DNA of 64,000 nt, taken from assembly GCF_006345805.1 (NCBI RefSeq), contig NC_043021.1, forward strand, positions 5,952,001-6,016,000, read 5' to 3'. The DNA is from Octopus sinensis. Taxonomy: Eukaryota. A program made the position numbers and the translations under genes. Shown piece by piece: positions 1-12,030 of this stretch. Below the pieces are notes generated by a model, which was not told the DNA's origin, searched no databases, and saw only the letters and a list, made by a program, of their open reading frames with translations. Each line of letters opens with the position of its first letter. Position 1 is the stretch's first letter.

Positions 1-104
1 TGCAGAGTAAGTATACATCGAAACAAAAACTAGAAAATTTCGTATATTTTTAACTAGCAGAGATACCAGGCATTGCTCAGGATTAAAATGGAATAATTTG
101 TATA

Positions 105-379
105 TCTTTATATATAAAAGAGAAGTTGCGTGTCTGTCTCCTACGATTTAGATTCCTAACTACTCCAACATTTTGCGGTGCAGTTTAACCAAAACCGGGT
201 ATCTTATAGTCGTGATTCATATCGAGCCCTTCTGGGTATTAGCGCGTGTCTACGATTTAAAAAAAATTTACCATAATTTTTTCCCCATTTTTAACGCATT
301 TTTTTGCTATTTTTTGGCTATAACTCTCTAAAAATGCTTATATAGTTATTTCCCTTACAAACCCGAGCGATACTGCTAG
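105..379 (+). mobile_element. Non-autonomous Helitron-like element
   Basis: Starts TC (TCTTTATATATAAAAG) after an A and ends CTAG before a T. The 3' hairpin (CCCGAGC...) is partly deleted. A sister copy lies inverted at 56607-56949. Confidence 0.75.
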
Positions 380-521
380 TATATATATATATTACAGTTA
401 TGTTGAAACAAGTGATATGGGAAAGTGTAACAGTGACGACAAATCATTTGAGGAGTAAATGGTAGGCTAATTCGACTAAGCGACATGTCATGTGTCCGTT
501 TGGAGGATTTCAGGCCCTAAC

Positions 522-720
522 CTGTCATAAAAAATTCAGGGTGGTGGGTAAGTGATTTTTGAACGCACCTCAAAGCTATCAGTAGGTATCTCCTTTGTGG
601 CGGTCGGCGCTGCGTCCAACGACCGATCGTCTGAAGCTTTGACACCTCCTTCGGGTCTGTTGTCGTACATAAAGTAAATTTGGAGGAACTTTGGTTGTTC
701 ATTTGTGGGTGAAGACTGCG
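522..720 (-). CDS. Candidate internal coding exon of an unidentified minus-strand gene
   Basis: Acceptor ccatttcag and donor ACAG|gttagg bound 199 nt of non-repeat sequence. It is open in phase 0: RSLHPQMNNQSSSKFTLCTTTDPKEVSKLQTIGRWTQRRPPQRRYLLIALRCVQKSLTHHPEFFMT. I do not recognise the protein. Confidence 0.4.
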
Positions 721-742
721 CTGAAATGGTATGTGATGTATA

Positions 743-1117
743 TTCTCTTTTACTTGTTTCAGTCATTTGACTGCGGCCATGCTGGAGCACCGCCTTTAGT
801 CGAGCAAATCGACCCCGGGACTTATTCTTTGTAAGCCCAGTACTTATTCTATCGGTCTCTTTTGCCGAACCACTAAGTGATGGGGACGTAAACACACCAG
901 CATCGGTTGTCAAGCAATGCTAGGGGGACAAACACAGACACACATACATATATACGACAGGCTTCTTTCAGTTTCCGTCTACCAAATCCACTCACAAGGC
1001 ATTGGTCGGCCCGGGGCTATAGCAGAAGACACTTGCCCAAGATGCCACGCAGTGGGACTGAACCCGGAACCGTGTGGTTGGTTAGCAAGCTACTTACCAC
1101 ACAGCCACTCCTGCGCC
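743..1117 (-). mobile_element. tRNA-derived CORE-type cephalopod SINE (full length)
   Basis: The reverse complement starts GGCGCAGGAGTGGCTGTGTGG (A box) ... GGTTCAGTCCC (B box), followed by a CORE-like GGGCAAGTGTCTTCT. Many sister copies occur in the window. Confidence 0.85.
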
Positions 1118-1129
1118 TATGGATGAGGA

Positions 1130-1745
1130 CAGCTGCATAAAGTGCTGATCTCTAACTATGGAGGGACCCTGTGGAAGAGGTAAACCCAGGAAGATATGAG
1201 ACGAGGTGGTGGAATATGATCTTTGGATGTTGAGTTTCACGGAGGCAATGACGAGTGACTAAGACTTTGGGGGATTTGCTGTGCTTATGAAGAGATGTTA
1301 AGCATAAGTGAAACTGTAGGTGTGGCCAGCGCCAGTGACATGTCAAAGCATTCGTGCCAGTGACACGTACAAGACATCCAGTACACTCTATAGAGCAGTG
1401 GTTTTCAACCAGGGTTCCGCCAGTACAATCCAGGGGTTCCGCAAGAAGTTACAAAACTGCTAAAATCGGCAGTAATTTTTAATTCTCCTGTGCAGATATG
1501 TGTGCGTAAGACAAATTATTGCACAGGGGTTCCTCGAGCCAGTGAAATGTTTTCTTGGGGTTCCGCTCTAGCAAAAAGTTTGAAAAGCACTGCTATAGAG
1601 TGTTTAGCATTGGGAAGGGCAACCGGCTATAGAAACCAAGCCAGGACAGACTGGAACCTGGTACAGCTCTCTGGCTTACCAGCTCTAGTCAAACCATCTA
1701 ACCCATGCCAGCATGAAAAAACAGACTTTCAATGATGATGATGTA
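1130..1745 (+). mobile_element. Degraded RTE LINE 3' end with (GAT)n tail, interrupted by a hAT MITE
   Basis: Degenerate EGPCGRGKPRK..DEVV RTE C-terminal motif, a GGAAGGGC motif, and an ATGATGATG tail. Confidence 0.6.
1396..1592. mobile_element. hAT-type MITE
   Basis: TIRs CAGTGGTTTTCAA / TTGAAAAGCACTG and a perfect 8-bp TSD CTATAGAG (1388-1395, 1593-1600). Confidence 0.85.
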
Positions 1746-2130
1746 TTCATCATCATCATCATCATCATTGTTTAGCGTCCGCTTTCCATGCTTGCATGGG
1801 TTGGACGGTTCAACTGGGGTCTGGGAAGCCAGAAGGCTGCACCAGACCCAGTTTGATCGGGCAATGTTTCTACAGTTCAATGCTCTTCCTAACGCCAACC
1901 ACTCCATGAGTGCAGTGGGTGCTTTTTACGTGCCAGACAAGTCTGGCAAACGGCCACGAATGGATGGTGCTTTTTACGTGCCACCGGCACGAGGCCAGTC
2001 GGGGCGGCGCTGGCAACAGCCACGTTCGGATGGTTCTCTTACGTGCCACCGGCACTGGTAACTCAGCTGCAATTTCCATTGATTGATTTCGATTCAGATT
2101 CTCACTTGCCTCAACAGGTCTTCACAAGTA
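1735..2130 (-). mobile_element. RTE-related SINE or RTE 3' UTR repeat with (GAT)n tail
   Basis: A (CAT)n run on the plus strand followed by the family sequence with repeated GTGCCACCGGCAC / TTTTACGTGCC motifs. Same family at 15478-15690, 36415-36800, 53060-53485, 54600-54780 and 60525-60925 (minus), and at 55250-55703, 61870-62060 and 63380-63640 (plus). Confidence 0.75.
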
Positions 2131-2451
2131 GAGTACTATATATATATTTTAGTAACACAATTCGTGAAAAGGTTAAAGTAACATGAACAAGAACAAAAAG
2201 GGTGTAAATATATCATCTTTATTTATAACTTATTTTTACATAATATATACACACATATGATACATATAATAATTTTACAAATGCAAAGGATCTGCAGTGT
2301 TTCCACTAAAAGGACTCAGAATACCCAAAGAGGTAACTTTTAGACAAAACTATCCTGTTGAGGTGCAGGAGGGGGGGGATATTAAAAAAAAGGAAGAAAA
2401 AGATTAAAAAAGAGAAAATAGCTTCAATAGATTTGAATGTGTAACAGGTAT

Positions 2452-3200
2452 TCATACTCTTTACTCTTTTACTTGTTTCAGTCATTTGACTGCGGCCATG
2501 CTGGAGCACCGCCTTTAGTCGAGCAACTCGACCCCGGGACTTATTCTTTTGTAAGCCCAGTACTTATTCTATCGGTCTCTTTTGCCGAACCGCTAAGTGA
2601 CGGGGACGTAAACACACCAGCATCGGTTGTCAAGCAATGCTAGGGGGATAAACACAGACACACACACATATACATATATATATACATATATACGGCAGGC
2701 TTCTTTCAGTTTTTGTCTACCAAATCCACTCACAAGGCATTGGTCGGCCCGGGGCTATAGCAGAAGACACTTGCCCAAGATGCCACGCAGTGGGACTGAA
2801 CCCAGAACTCTTTTTTTTTTCTTACTTGTTTCAGTCTTAGACTGCGACCATGTTGGGGCTTTAAGAATTGTTGAATTAAATTGACTTTTAATTTGAACTA
2901 AAAATTCAACACCAGTATCATTTTTTTTTTGTAAAGCCTGGTACTTATTGTATCAGTCTCTTTTGCCGAACTGCTAAGTTATAGGAAAGTAAATACATCA
3001 ACATGGTTCTCAAACACACACATATATACGACGGGCTTTTCTCAGGTTCCATCAACCAAATCCACTCACAAGTCTTTGTTTGGTCAGCCTGAAGCTACAG
3101 TAGAGGGCATTTGCTCATTGTGCCACACAGTGGGACTGAACATGGAACCACGTAGTTGGGAAGCAAACTTCTTACCACAAAGCCACACCTAAAAGCGTGT
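2452..3200 (-). mobile_element. Two adjacent CORE-type SINE copies (one truncated, one older)
   Basis: Directly alignable by eye to 743-1117. Confidence 0.75.
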
Positions 3201-3679
3201 GTATATATATTTGTGCAAATAGTTGCATCATGGTCGTAGCCACAGCTTTCACGGCACATACACTGTCAGGTAATGTTCACCTGTATTTTTTTATTTTTAT
3301 TCTTTTACTTGTTCCAGTCATTAGACTGTGGCCATGCTGGAGCACCAGCTCGAAGAATTTTAGTCGAACGAATTGACCCGACTACTTTTTTTTGTTTTAA
3401 AACCTGATACTTAGTCTATTTATCGCTTTTGCTGCACCGCTAAGTTACCAGCTGTCTAGTGGTGGTCAGGAACAAGCACAGATGCAAGGATGCACACACA
3501 TAAGAAAAAAAAATTGAAATTGCAGGCTTTCAGAAGATATCAAATGCGTTTTTATGTCCCTTAATAGTTTTCGAGACATTCAATGTCAAAATGTGCCCAA
3601 GACTTCTGGAACACCCTGAATATATATTGAACTCACCACATATGAGGTGTCACTGCAAAAATAAGGATCCTCCATTTCG

Positions 3680-4080
3680 CCATTACATAAGAGAGAAGTG
3701 GAAAAGATACCTAGATGACTGCTTTATCATTTGAAAGGACACCATTGATAAAATTTTGGAGTTCAAATCAATACCAAATAATATAAACTCTAACATTCAA
3801 CTCAATGGAATGTAGCAAAAATCCGCTCCCTTTTTTTGGATATTATGATAAAAAAAAAATCAATAACCAAATTATAACTGACATCTACTAGGAACCCATG
3901 GTCTCAAAGTAACATCTCTTGTGTAGCTCATGCCACCTGAAACACATCAACAGAAACATCCCCTTTTATTTAGCAAATTCGTATAATGGTTGCATGTATA
4001 TTTTATTTAGTATAAAATCTTGTTTGATTTCCTTCGTTATTATCAGGGTAATGGCAATTTCACTGAAATTTTTTAGGGGT
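3680..4080 (+). mobile_element. Degraded Penelope-like RT fragment
   Basis: WKRYLDDCFII motif at about 3698-3730, followed by degenerate PLE thumb sequence (FLDIMI, TDIY, HINRNIPFYLA). Confidence 0.7.
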
Positions 4081-4083
4081 GTA

Positions 4084-4868
4084 CATACTAGCAAATTCCG
4101 GGAGAGGGGCTACCCAGGGAAACCTCCAGTTACGTAAAACATCTGCAGGAGAGGCTGACTGAGGTACACCAGCAGGTTAGAGAAGCCCTGAAATTTTCGG
4201 GTGAAGTAATGAAGCGTCGGCACGACACCAGGGCTAGTGAGGACGATGAGGTGTGGTTCCACAACCCCCGGCGAAAGAGAGGGCAGTCTCCGAAGCTGCA
4301 GAGTCCTTGGGAGGGGCCTTACACGGTGGTGACTTGTTTGTCCAATGTAACATACAGGATTCGAGTAGGCAGGAGGTCTTCCCTGAAAATTGTACATGCG
4401 AAACGTCTGTGGAGGTACCATGGGACTGGCCAGTTCAGCTGGAGCTCGCCCTCGGAAGTACGGTTATAGTGTGCTTCTGTCGGGTCGACAAAGCTTAGGG
4501 AGAGGGTAGTGACATGAAGGTCAAAATGGAGAAAAAGTGCGGTGACCTAGTTTCGTGGTTTGGCGCCGGACAGACTGGGGAAAGCTTTTGTTCTGTCATT
4601 TCTAGGGAAATTAATGAGGTTGGAAGATACATCTGACCCTTATCCGGTCAAGCAAAGTTCAAGGAAAAAATCAAAATGCTACCCTTTAAAATGCGGCGAG
4701 CTGGGGGTTTGTTGATAAGTTGGCCTGGGTTGGTCAGAGACAGTGAATGTGAGAGCTGTCAGGCGAGGGGTAACAACAAGGATGACAAGTGTGACGAGAA
4801 GGACAGGCAGATAGTATTGAGGACATGTCAAGCGAAAGGAACTAAGGGAGATTACGGCGAGAATGCAG
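4084..4868 (+). mobile_element. Ty3/gypsy integrase C-terminus, polypurine tract and partial LTR
   Basis: Encodes KLQSPWEGPYTVV (GPY/F module). PPT AGGGAGAGGGTAG is followed by TG at 4510. Same family as 28690-29110. Confidence 0.85.
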
Positions 4869-5090
4869 CTATAAAGGATCCAGATACAGTTCCGAAAAAC
4901 ACCATTCTTGCAAGCTTTGATGTCACAAACCCATACACGAACATACCACACACCCTAGGTCTGGAAACAATAAAACAATCGGTAGAAAAATACAGGGAAC
5001 TCATAGACGAACGTATATATAGATATATTTACTGCAATATTTGCAGCCTTAATAAAGCTGTCTTCGTACGAAACAATTGTACCGAAATAT
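4869..5090 (+). mobile_element. Penelope RT fragment joined to the right half of a pLTR hammerhead
   Basis: TILASFDVTNPYTNIPH (RT motif). GTACGAAACAATTGTAC at about 5065-5081 matches the 3' half of the ribozyme at 19902-19990. Confidence 0.7.
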
Positions 5091-5225
5091 TGATCCATTC
5101 TTGTTGCTTTTTTCTTATTTATAATCACCCCGCATTATCTTATGGTTAACGCCATATAGATTTCTGGTGCATCTAAGTTAAGTACCACATTCATGTGAAT
5201 TCAACAGAACTCACTTGAATCTTAA

Positions 5226-6178
5226 TTGCTTTTACTGAATATATTCCCATACAATCTGTATGTTTTTCCGGTACTTAATTTCTCAGCAAGAATGGAGAAA
5301 GTAAACATTGAGTTTTCCCCTAAGGAAATCCCCCTTCACAGTAAAGACGAATATAACTGGCTACTTATCCATAGGATTAATGACTTCATTAGAAGAATTA
5401 GATGGAAAACGTACCACTTCGATGTCAAGCAGAAAAAGATCACTCAAGTAAGGAATATTGATAAGAACTTCGGCAGAATATTTAGAAGCAGAAAGAATCC
5501 ACCTCCGAACCCACTCCTGGAAAATTTCGAAAAGGATTTACTGAATCTCATAGAAAAGATTAGATTCAAAGAACACCCGTTAAGATACAACCCCCACCTC
5601 AAGCATCTCAGTAAATTTATTCATTCAACCCGGAACAAACAAGGAATATTAGTACCAGCTGATAAAACTGGTAATCTGTATAGAGTAGATTATACACTTT
5701 ACAGCAAGCTAATTAAGAAAGAGCTCAACTCCAAATACAAAATTACTACTAAGAGAAATTTAAAAGAAACAAACCTAGAAATGAAGGAATTTATGGAAAG
5801 ATATAATTTAACGGATAGAACAGAACCGCTTATACCGTGTGAACCTAGGATTAATCTCAAGGACTACAAAAGGAATTTCATGGAAAACCCGTCGGTAAGG
5901 CTTATTTGTCCAACTAAGTCAGATATTGGCCGACTTAGTAAATCTATCCTTGATATTGTTCTACCCCAAATAACCCCGCTTCTTCCCTTAAGTCTATCGA
6001 TAAATACCGATGAGGTATTAAAATGGTTTAACTCCCTAACCAATACTAATAATCTGGCCTTTATTCAATTCGACATAAACAACTATTACTCTAGTATTTC
6101 CCCTATTCTATTAAATAAATCACTTATATTCGCTATGAATCGCTCCCTCAGATCTTGAGAGGAAATAGACATTGTACT
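5226..6178 (+). mobile_element. Penelope-like RT, N-terminal part
   Basis: 310-aa ORF with VPADKTGN, PRINLKDYK..F..NPSVRLICPTKSDIG and FIQFDINNYYSSI. Further pieces at 6776-6945 and 7918-8205. Confidence 0.9.
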
Positions 6179-7319
6179 AATCCATGTAAATAAATCCCTT
6201 TTTAATCATGAAACAATGTATTTATTAATACACACACACACATCCACTACATTTGGTGACCCCGTCAAACGAATTGCGCCTTCCCCGGAACTAGCTTCAT
6301 CAACCGCGTCGAAGAATTACAGCTTGCACATCACCCGGCAACGAAACACCTGAGAATTCCGAACACAATGGACCTCCCGGAACCCCAGCGGCCAACATCA
6401 CACCTCCGATCGACATGGCATTTCAAGCTGCGATATTCTTGCATCATTCATTATTGTTTTTAAAAAAGAAATCACACCAAATCTGCACAAATGACCACCC
6501 CCACCGCAATCACATACAATAATCAGAATGACCACTGACCACCACGCGCGTAATTCAAAGTTTGTAAGTTCTTCAGTGTGATATCACCACGTGCGAAAAA
6601 AATTTTCAATATGGCTTCTGCATATCCAAGTCTAAAAGGAATTAATCACCGCGATATTGCCATTACCACGGCTACAACAGCAGGATAGCATTAATTGGCT
6701 TAAGAGGCATGGCCTTTTGAATACCCAGAAAATATGTATATCGTGTGGAAGTACCATGAGTGAAATAGCGAAAAATAGCTAGAAAAACATTTATAGAGTT
6801 TGAGGGAAAATTATGGACCAGAGCAGACACTCCTAATAATTTTGATATACCCATGGCTCCAGTGATTCGGCTGAGGTGACTAATTTAGTAGGCGTGTAAG
6901 AGTTAGCACTTCCTTCTCTAAGCTTAGATTTGAAATCGAATCCAAGAATCATCGGTCATCAAAAACCAATGCATGTATAGGCACGAAATTTAAAGATCCT
7001 TTGTTCTGTCAAAAAGTGATTGATCATCTCCCTTTGACCTGCGACCTCAGCCATGTCAGGCGAAGTTCAACTGGACAAGCGCTGACCTACTTAAGTAGTA
7101 ACTCTGTTGCAGTAAGTCTATCTTTCTAGCTGTTTCAAATATTATAAATACAAGGGAAAAATAGAGAAAGAAACACAATCGGAGCTGACACACCAGCAGA
7201 CACCCCGCATTTTGGAGACGACAGAAAAAATGCCTACAGGCTACTGTTTCGAATGATTCACGCACCCACCCACATACACAAACATATTCATCTTTATTAT
7301 GTGCTCTATACCAGCAATG

Positions 7320-7917
7320 TGTAGCATTTGCTTACAATTGTATGTAGTGTATTTATAATCCATGTAAATAAATCCCTTTTTAATCATGAAACAATTTATG
7401 TATTTATTAATACACACACACATCCACTACATTTGGTGACCCCGTCAAACGAATTGCGCCTTCCCCGGAACCAGCTTCATCAACCGCGTCGAAGAATTAC
7501 AGCTTGCACATCACCCGGCAACGAAACACCTGAGAATTCCGCCGAACACAATGGACCTCCCGGAACAGAATCCAGCGGCCAACATCATACCTCCGATCGA
7601 CATGGCATTCCAAGCTGCGATTTCTTTGAAAATTCCACCATTCTGGACCCACGACCCTGCATTATGGTTTTACCATATAGAGGCACAGTTTTCCTCTCAC
7701 AGAATACTGAGCGATGCATCTCGACTTTCGCATGTTATCGGTTCTCTATCGCCAGAAATAACAAACGTTGTCCATGATCTTATCATGGCACCACCCGGTT
7801 CTGTGTCGTACGACACTTTTAAAACCACGCTGATAAACAGAACCTCCGAATCACAACAGAAACGACTTCACCAGCTTCTGATATCGGAAGAATTGGGTGA
7901 CAAAACGCCGTCCCAGC
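7320..7917 (+). mobile_element. Ty3/gypsy short LTR, tRNA-Trp-type PBS and gag 5' part
   Basis: TGTAG...CTACA at 7320-7431 with AATAAA, and PBS TGGTGACCCCG at 7434. Gag motifs KIPPFW..DPALWF..IEAQF and EELGDKTPSQL. A partial copy lies at 6179-6435. Confidence 0.85.
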
Positions 7918-8419
7918 TTCAATTCGACATAAACAACTATTACTCTAGTATTTCTCCTATTCTATTAAATAAATCACTTATATTCGCTATGAATCGCTCC
8001 CTCAGATCTTGAGAGGAAATAGACATTGTACTTTTAGCTAGAAAAACATTTATAGAGTTTGAGGGAAAATTATGGACCAGAGCAGACACCCCTAATAATT
8101 TCGATATACCCATGGGCTCCAGTGATTCGGCTGAGGTGACTAATTTAGTAGGCGTGTAACAGTTAGCACTTCCTTCTCTAAGCTTAGATTCAAAATCGAA
8201 TCCAAGAATCATCGGTCATCAAAAACCAATGCATGTATAGGCGCGAAATTTAAAGATCCTTTGTTCTGTCAAAAAGTGATTGATCATCTCCCTTTGACCT
8301 GCGACCTCAGCCATGTCAGGTGAAGTTCAACTGGACAAGCGCTGACCTACTTAAGTAGTAACTCTGTTGCAGTATGTCTATCTTTCTATGGTATGTTCTG
8401 TTTAAACTTTATAAATAAA

Positions 8420-10182
8420 TATATTCTTGCATCATTCATCATTGTTTTTAAAAAAGAAATCACACCAAATCTGCACAAATGACCACCCCCACCGCAATCA
8501 CATACACCAATCAGAATGACCACTGACCACCACGCGTGTAATTCAAAGTTTGAAAGTTCTTCAGTGTGATATCAACACATGCGAAAAAATTTTCAATATG
8601 GCTTCTGCGTATCCAAGTCTAAAAGGAATTAATCACCGCGATATTGCCATCGCCACGGCTACTACAGCAGGATAGCATTAATTGGCTTAAGAGGCATGGC
8701 CTTTTGAATACCCAGAAAATATGTATATCGTGTGGAGGTACCATGAGTGAAATAGCGAAAAAAAATTTGTCGGATGAAGTAATATGGTCATGTGGAAGGC
8801 CTTGTAGGAAAACCGTTTCAATTAGAAAAGGAACATTTTTAGAAAATAGTAAATTGAACTGTCAACAAATTATAGATACATTGTATTACTGGGCCAAAGA
8901 AGATTTAGCCAAGGGAATAGGACAGGAATGTCATATAGCAAATGTAGCCGTAACAGATTGGAGGAAATATTTGCCGTGATATATGTGCAGAATATTATGT
9001 TGCACAGAACATTAAGCTCAGAGGGCCGAATCGAATTGTAGAGATAGACAAAAGCGCGTTTGTGAGAAGAAAGTATAATGTTGGCCATCGGGTTAATACG
9101 CAGTGGGTATTTGGCACGCTAGAAAGAGATACCAGAAGATGCTTTTTAGTGGCAGTGGAAGATTGGACAGCGGATACCCTTTTACAAATTATAGAAGACC
9201 GTATATTGCCTGGTACAACCATAATTTCCGATCTTTGGCGTTCGTATAATACGCTCAATCAGCTAGGGTACAGACATTTGACCTTGAATCATTCAATAAA
9301 TTTTGTTGATCCGGTACCATTTGCCACAACCAACCATATAGAATGTTTATGGAAGCATGTGAAGAATCGTAACAGAAGAGAAAACGGAACAGCCCGAAAT
9401 TTACTTCAGACCCATCTCATCGAACTCATGTGGCGCTATGAATTTAAGGACGATATATTCGGAAAGTTAATGGAGCAAATTCGACAGCTATATCCATGTG
9501 TTTGAGACCTTAGAGAGTATAAGTATCTACACAGCATAAGTATCACATTTATTTTTAAACTTAACTTCAAGCTTCATTTGTTTTATATTTTGATGCGTTT
9601 TTGATAAATTTTGTTGATCCGGTAACATTTGCCACAACCAACCATATAGAATGTTTATGGAAGCATGCGAAGAATCGTAACAGAAGAGAAAACGGAACAG
9701 CCCGAAATTTACTTCAGACCCATCTCATCGAACTCATGTGGCGCTATGAATTTAAGGACGATATATTCGGAAAGTTAATGGAGCAAATTCGACAGCTATA
9801 TCCATGTGTTTGAGACCTTAGAGAGTATAAGTATCTACACAGCATAAGTATCACATTTATTTTTAAACTTAACATTTGCCACAACCAACCATATAGAATG
9901 TTTATGGAAGCATGTGAAGAATCGTAACAGAAGAGAAAACGGAACAGCCCGAAATTTACTTCAGACCCATCTCATCGAATTCATGTGGCGCTATGAATTT
10001 AAGGACGATATATTCGGAAAGTTAATGGAGCAAATTCAACAGCTATATCCATGTGTTTGAGACCTTAGAGAGTATAAGTATCTACACAGTATAAGTATCA
10101 CATTTATTTTTAAACTTAACTTCAAGCTTCATTTGTTTTATATTTTGATGCGTTTTTGATAAATTTTGCGCTAGCTAGTGCC
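8420..10182 (+). mobile_element. Merlin (IS1016/ISXO2-like) DNA transposon, frameshifted, with triplicated 3' end
   Basis: CxxC zinc ribbon (CISCGGTM), IVEIDKSAFVRRKYNVG, QWVFG, ILPGTTIISDLWRSY and TNHIECLW. Putative right terminus GCGCTAGCTAGTGCC. No matching left TIR was found. An N-terminal partial copy lies at 6436-6775. Confidence 0.9.
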
Positions 10183-10560
10183 CTGGAATTTGAGTCGTAT
10201 GTGAAATCCAGCACCAGCAATTTCTGAGTGAGTGGCGGCTCTGGATTCTAAGCAAAAAGAGGAAAGATCCCCGAGGTTGACAGATTTGGGGATAGCTCTG
10301 AACCTTCTGAGAGGGACAAGGAGACGACTGGTGTGTGTTGCTGGCATTGTGGGAGACCTGGACATAGGCGGCAGGACTGCTACAGCTTGAGGAAAGAGAG
10401 AAAACCGGACGGTAGAGCGGGGTCTGCTTTCAAGGGCGAGTGCTGGAGGTGTGGAAAAAGGGGACACATGCAGTATGACTGCCCAACAGGAACTACGGAA
10501 AGCAAAGAAAGAGAGTTGGGAAACTAGGAGGAGTTGGTACCAATATGATGGTACCAAGTG
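10183..10560 (+). mobile_element. Ty3/gypsy gag C-terminus with two CCHC zinc knuckles
   Basis: CWHCGRPGHRRQDC and CWRCGKRGHMQYDC, then GN*EEL at the gag-pol junction. Confidence 0.85.
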
Positions 10561-10689
10561 GTGGGACCCCAGGGCTGCGAGGTACCACATTGGCTACAGG
10601 GGAAGAGCGCAAGGATAATCATAATAGCATTGGTATTGGTGATGCGGATGGGACAAATCCTTCTGGACACCTACCTGCTGATGTCGCCA

Positions 10690-11580
10690 CCAGCAAACGA
10701 GACCCCTGCACTGCACTAAAGTCCTGAAAATTGGAACATGGAATGTAAAGGGAATGAACATTGGGAAGTTGGACACCATCAAGAAGGAAATGAATCGGTT
10801 AAACATCGATATCCTGGGAGTCAGTGAAGTTCATTGAACTGGCGATGGTTTCTTCAACTCTGGTGATCATACAATGTACTTTTCAGGCAATAGTAAGACC
10901 AGACAACATGGAGTGGGATTTATTCTATACAAGAGAATATCCAAGTGTGTTGAAAGTTACCAGACCATGAGTGATTACCATTCGCATCAAAGCCAAACCC
11001 AACAACATCCCATTGCTACAAATCTACACACCAACTGCCGACGAAGACGAGACTGAACACTTCTAGGCAGAAATTCAGGGCGCAATAGAGGAAACACCAC
11101 GAGCAGATGTTGTGTATAGTCTGGGAGATTTCAATGCCAAAACTGGAGAAAGGGCAGAAGCAGACATCGTTGGCAAATATGGATTAGGAGAACAGAATGA
11201 AGCAGGAGATCGACTGGTCCAACTTCGTCAAGAACAACACATGCGGCTAACCAATGCTTGGTTTTGGCAACCAAGAAGACAGCTATAAGAAATCGACCTA
11301 TGATAAACAATGATGTGACTATAAAAATTCTTAACAGAACGTGTGTAAAATGTGGAAGGGTGTGCCTCTCAGTTGGAGGTCTAAAAAGGCATGTTAAGAG
11401 AGCGCATCTGGTGGCACCTGTTTCTCCTGCCAGCCAGCACAGTTGTCCAGTATGTAATAATATGTGTAAAAGCTTGGCCGGGCTTAAAAGTTACATAAAG
11501 GCATCACATGGCAACAATCAGGAATCATTTCAGTAAGTCTTCTCGGCAATGGCTTTTCTCGTGTAACAAAGATGCAACGG
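10690..11580 (+). mobile_element. Internally deleted RTE LINE (AP endonuclease fused to C-terminal C2H2-like fingers)
   Basis: LKIGTWNVKGMNIGKL..DILGVSE, HGVGFIL and GDFNAK, then CVKCGRVCLSVGGLKRH and CPVCNNMCKSLAGLKSY. Confidence 0.85.
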
Positions 11581-11852
11581 TGATATGTGTATGTTTGTGT
11601 GTATATTAGAAAAAATAAGGTACTCAGAGATCTGGATGGTTGCACATATACAAATATTTATTAACATGTCACATTACACAACGTCCTCAACACACTGCAC
11701 CATCTATCAACTTCACGACAGAAACCAACTATAACGAACTTCCCTTCCTAGACATCAACATCAAGATACACAACTCCATCGTCACAACAGATATCTACTA
11801 CAAAAAAACCTGACACACCAATATTAAAATTTCTACTAATGCCACCCATACC

Positions 11853-12030
11853 TATTTCTTTATTACCCACAAGGGGCTAAACATAGAGGGGACAAACAAG
11901 GACAGACATAGGTATTAAGTCGATTACATCGACCCCAGTGCGTAACTGGTACTTTAATTTATCGACCCCGAAAGGATGAAAGGCAAAGTCGACCTTGGCG
12001 GAATTTGAACTCAGAACGTAACAGCAGACG
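11853..12030 (-). mobile_element. 5'-truncated tRNA-derived SINE inserted in Penelope
   Basis: B box GAGTTCAAATTCC on the minus strand and an A-rich tail. 16-bp TSD TAATGCCACCCATACC at 11837-11852 and 12031-12046. Confidence 0.85.

Noticed and set aside
1-12. AGA|GTAAGT, a possible plus-strand splice donor at the window edge
   Set aside because: Only 6 nt of putative exon are visible and no downstream partner exon was identified.
4047-6668. GGTAATGGCAAT at about 4048 and its reverse complement at about 6657 as possible Merlin TIRs
   Set aside because: The second site lies inside the Merlin coding start, the match is only 12 bp, and there is no TSD. Treated as coincidence.
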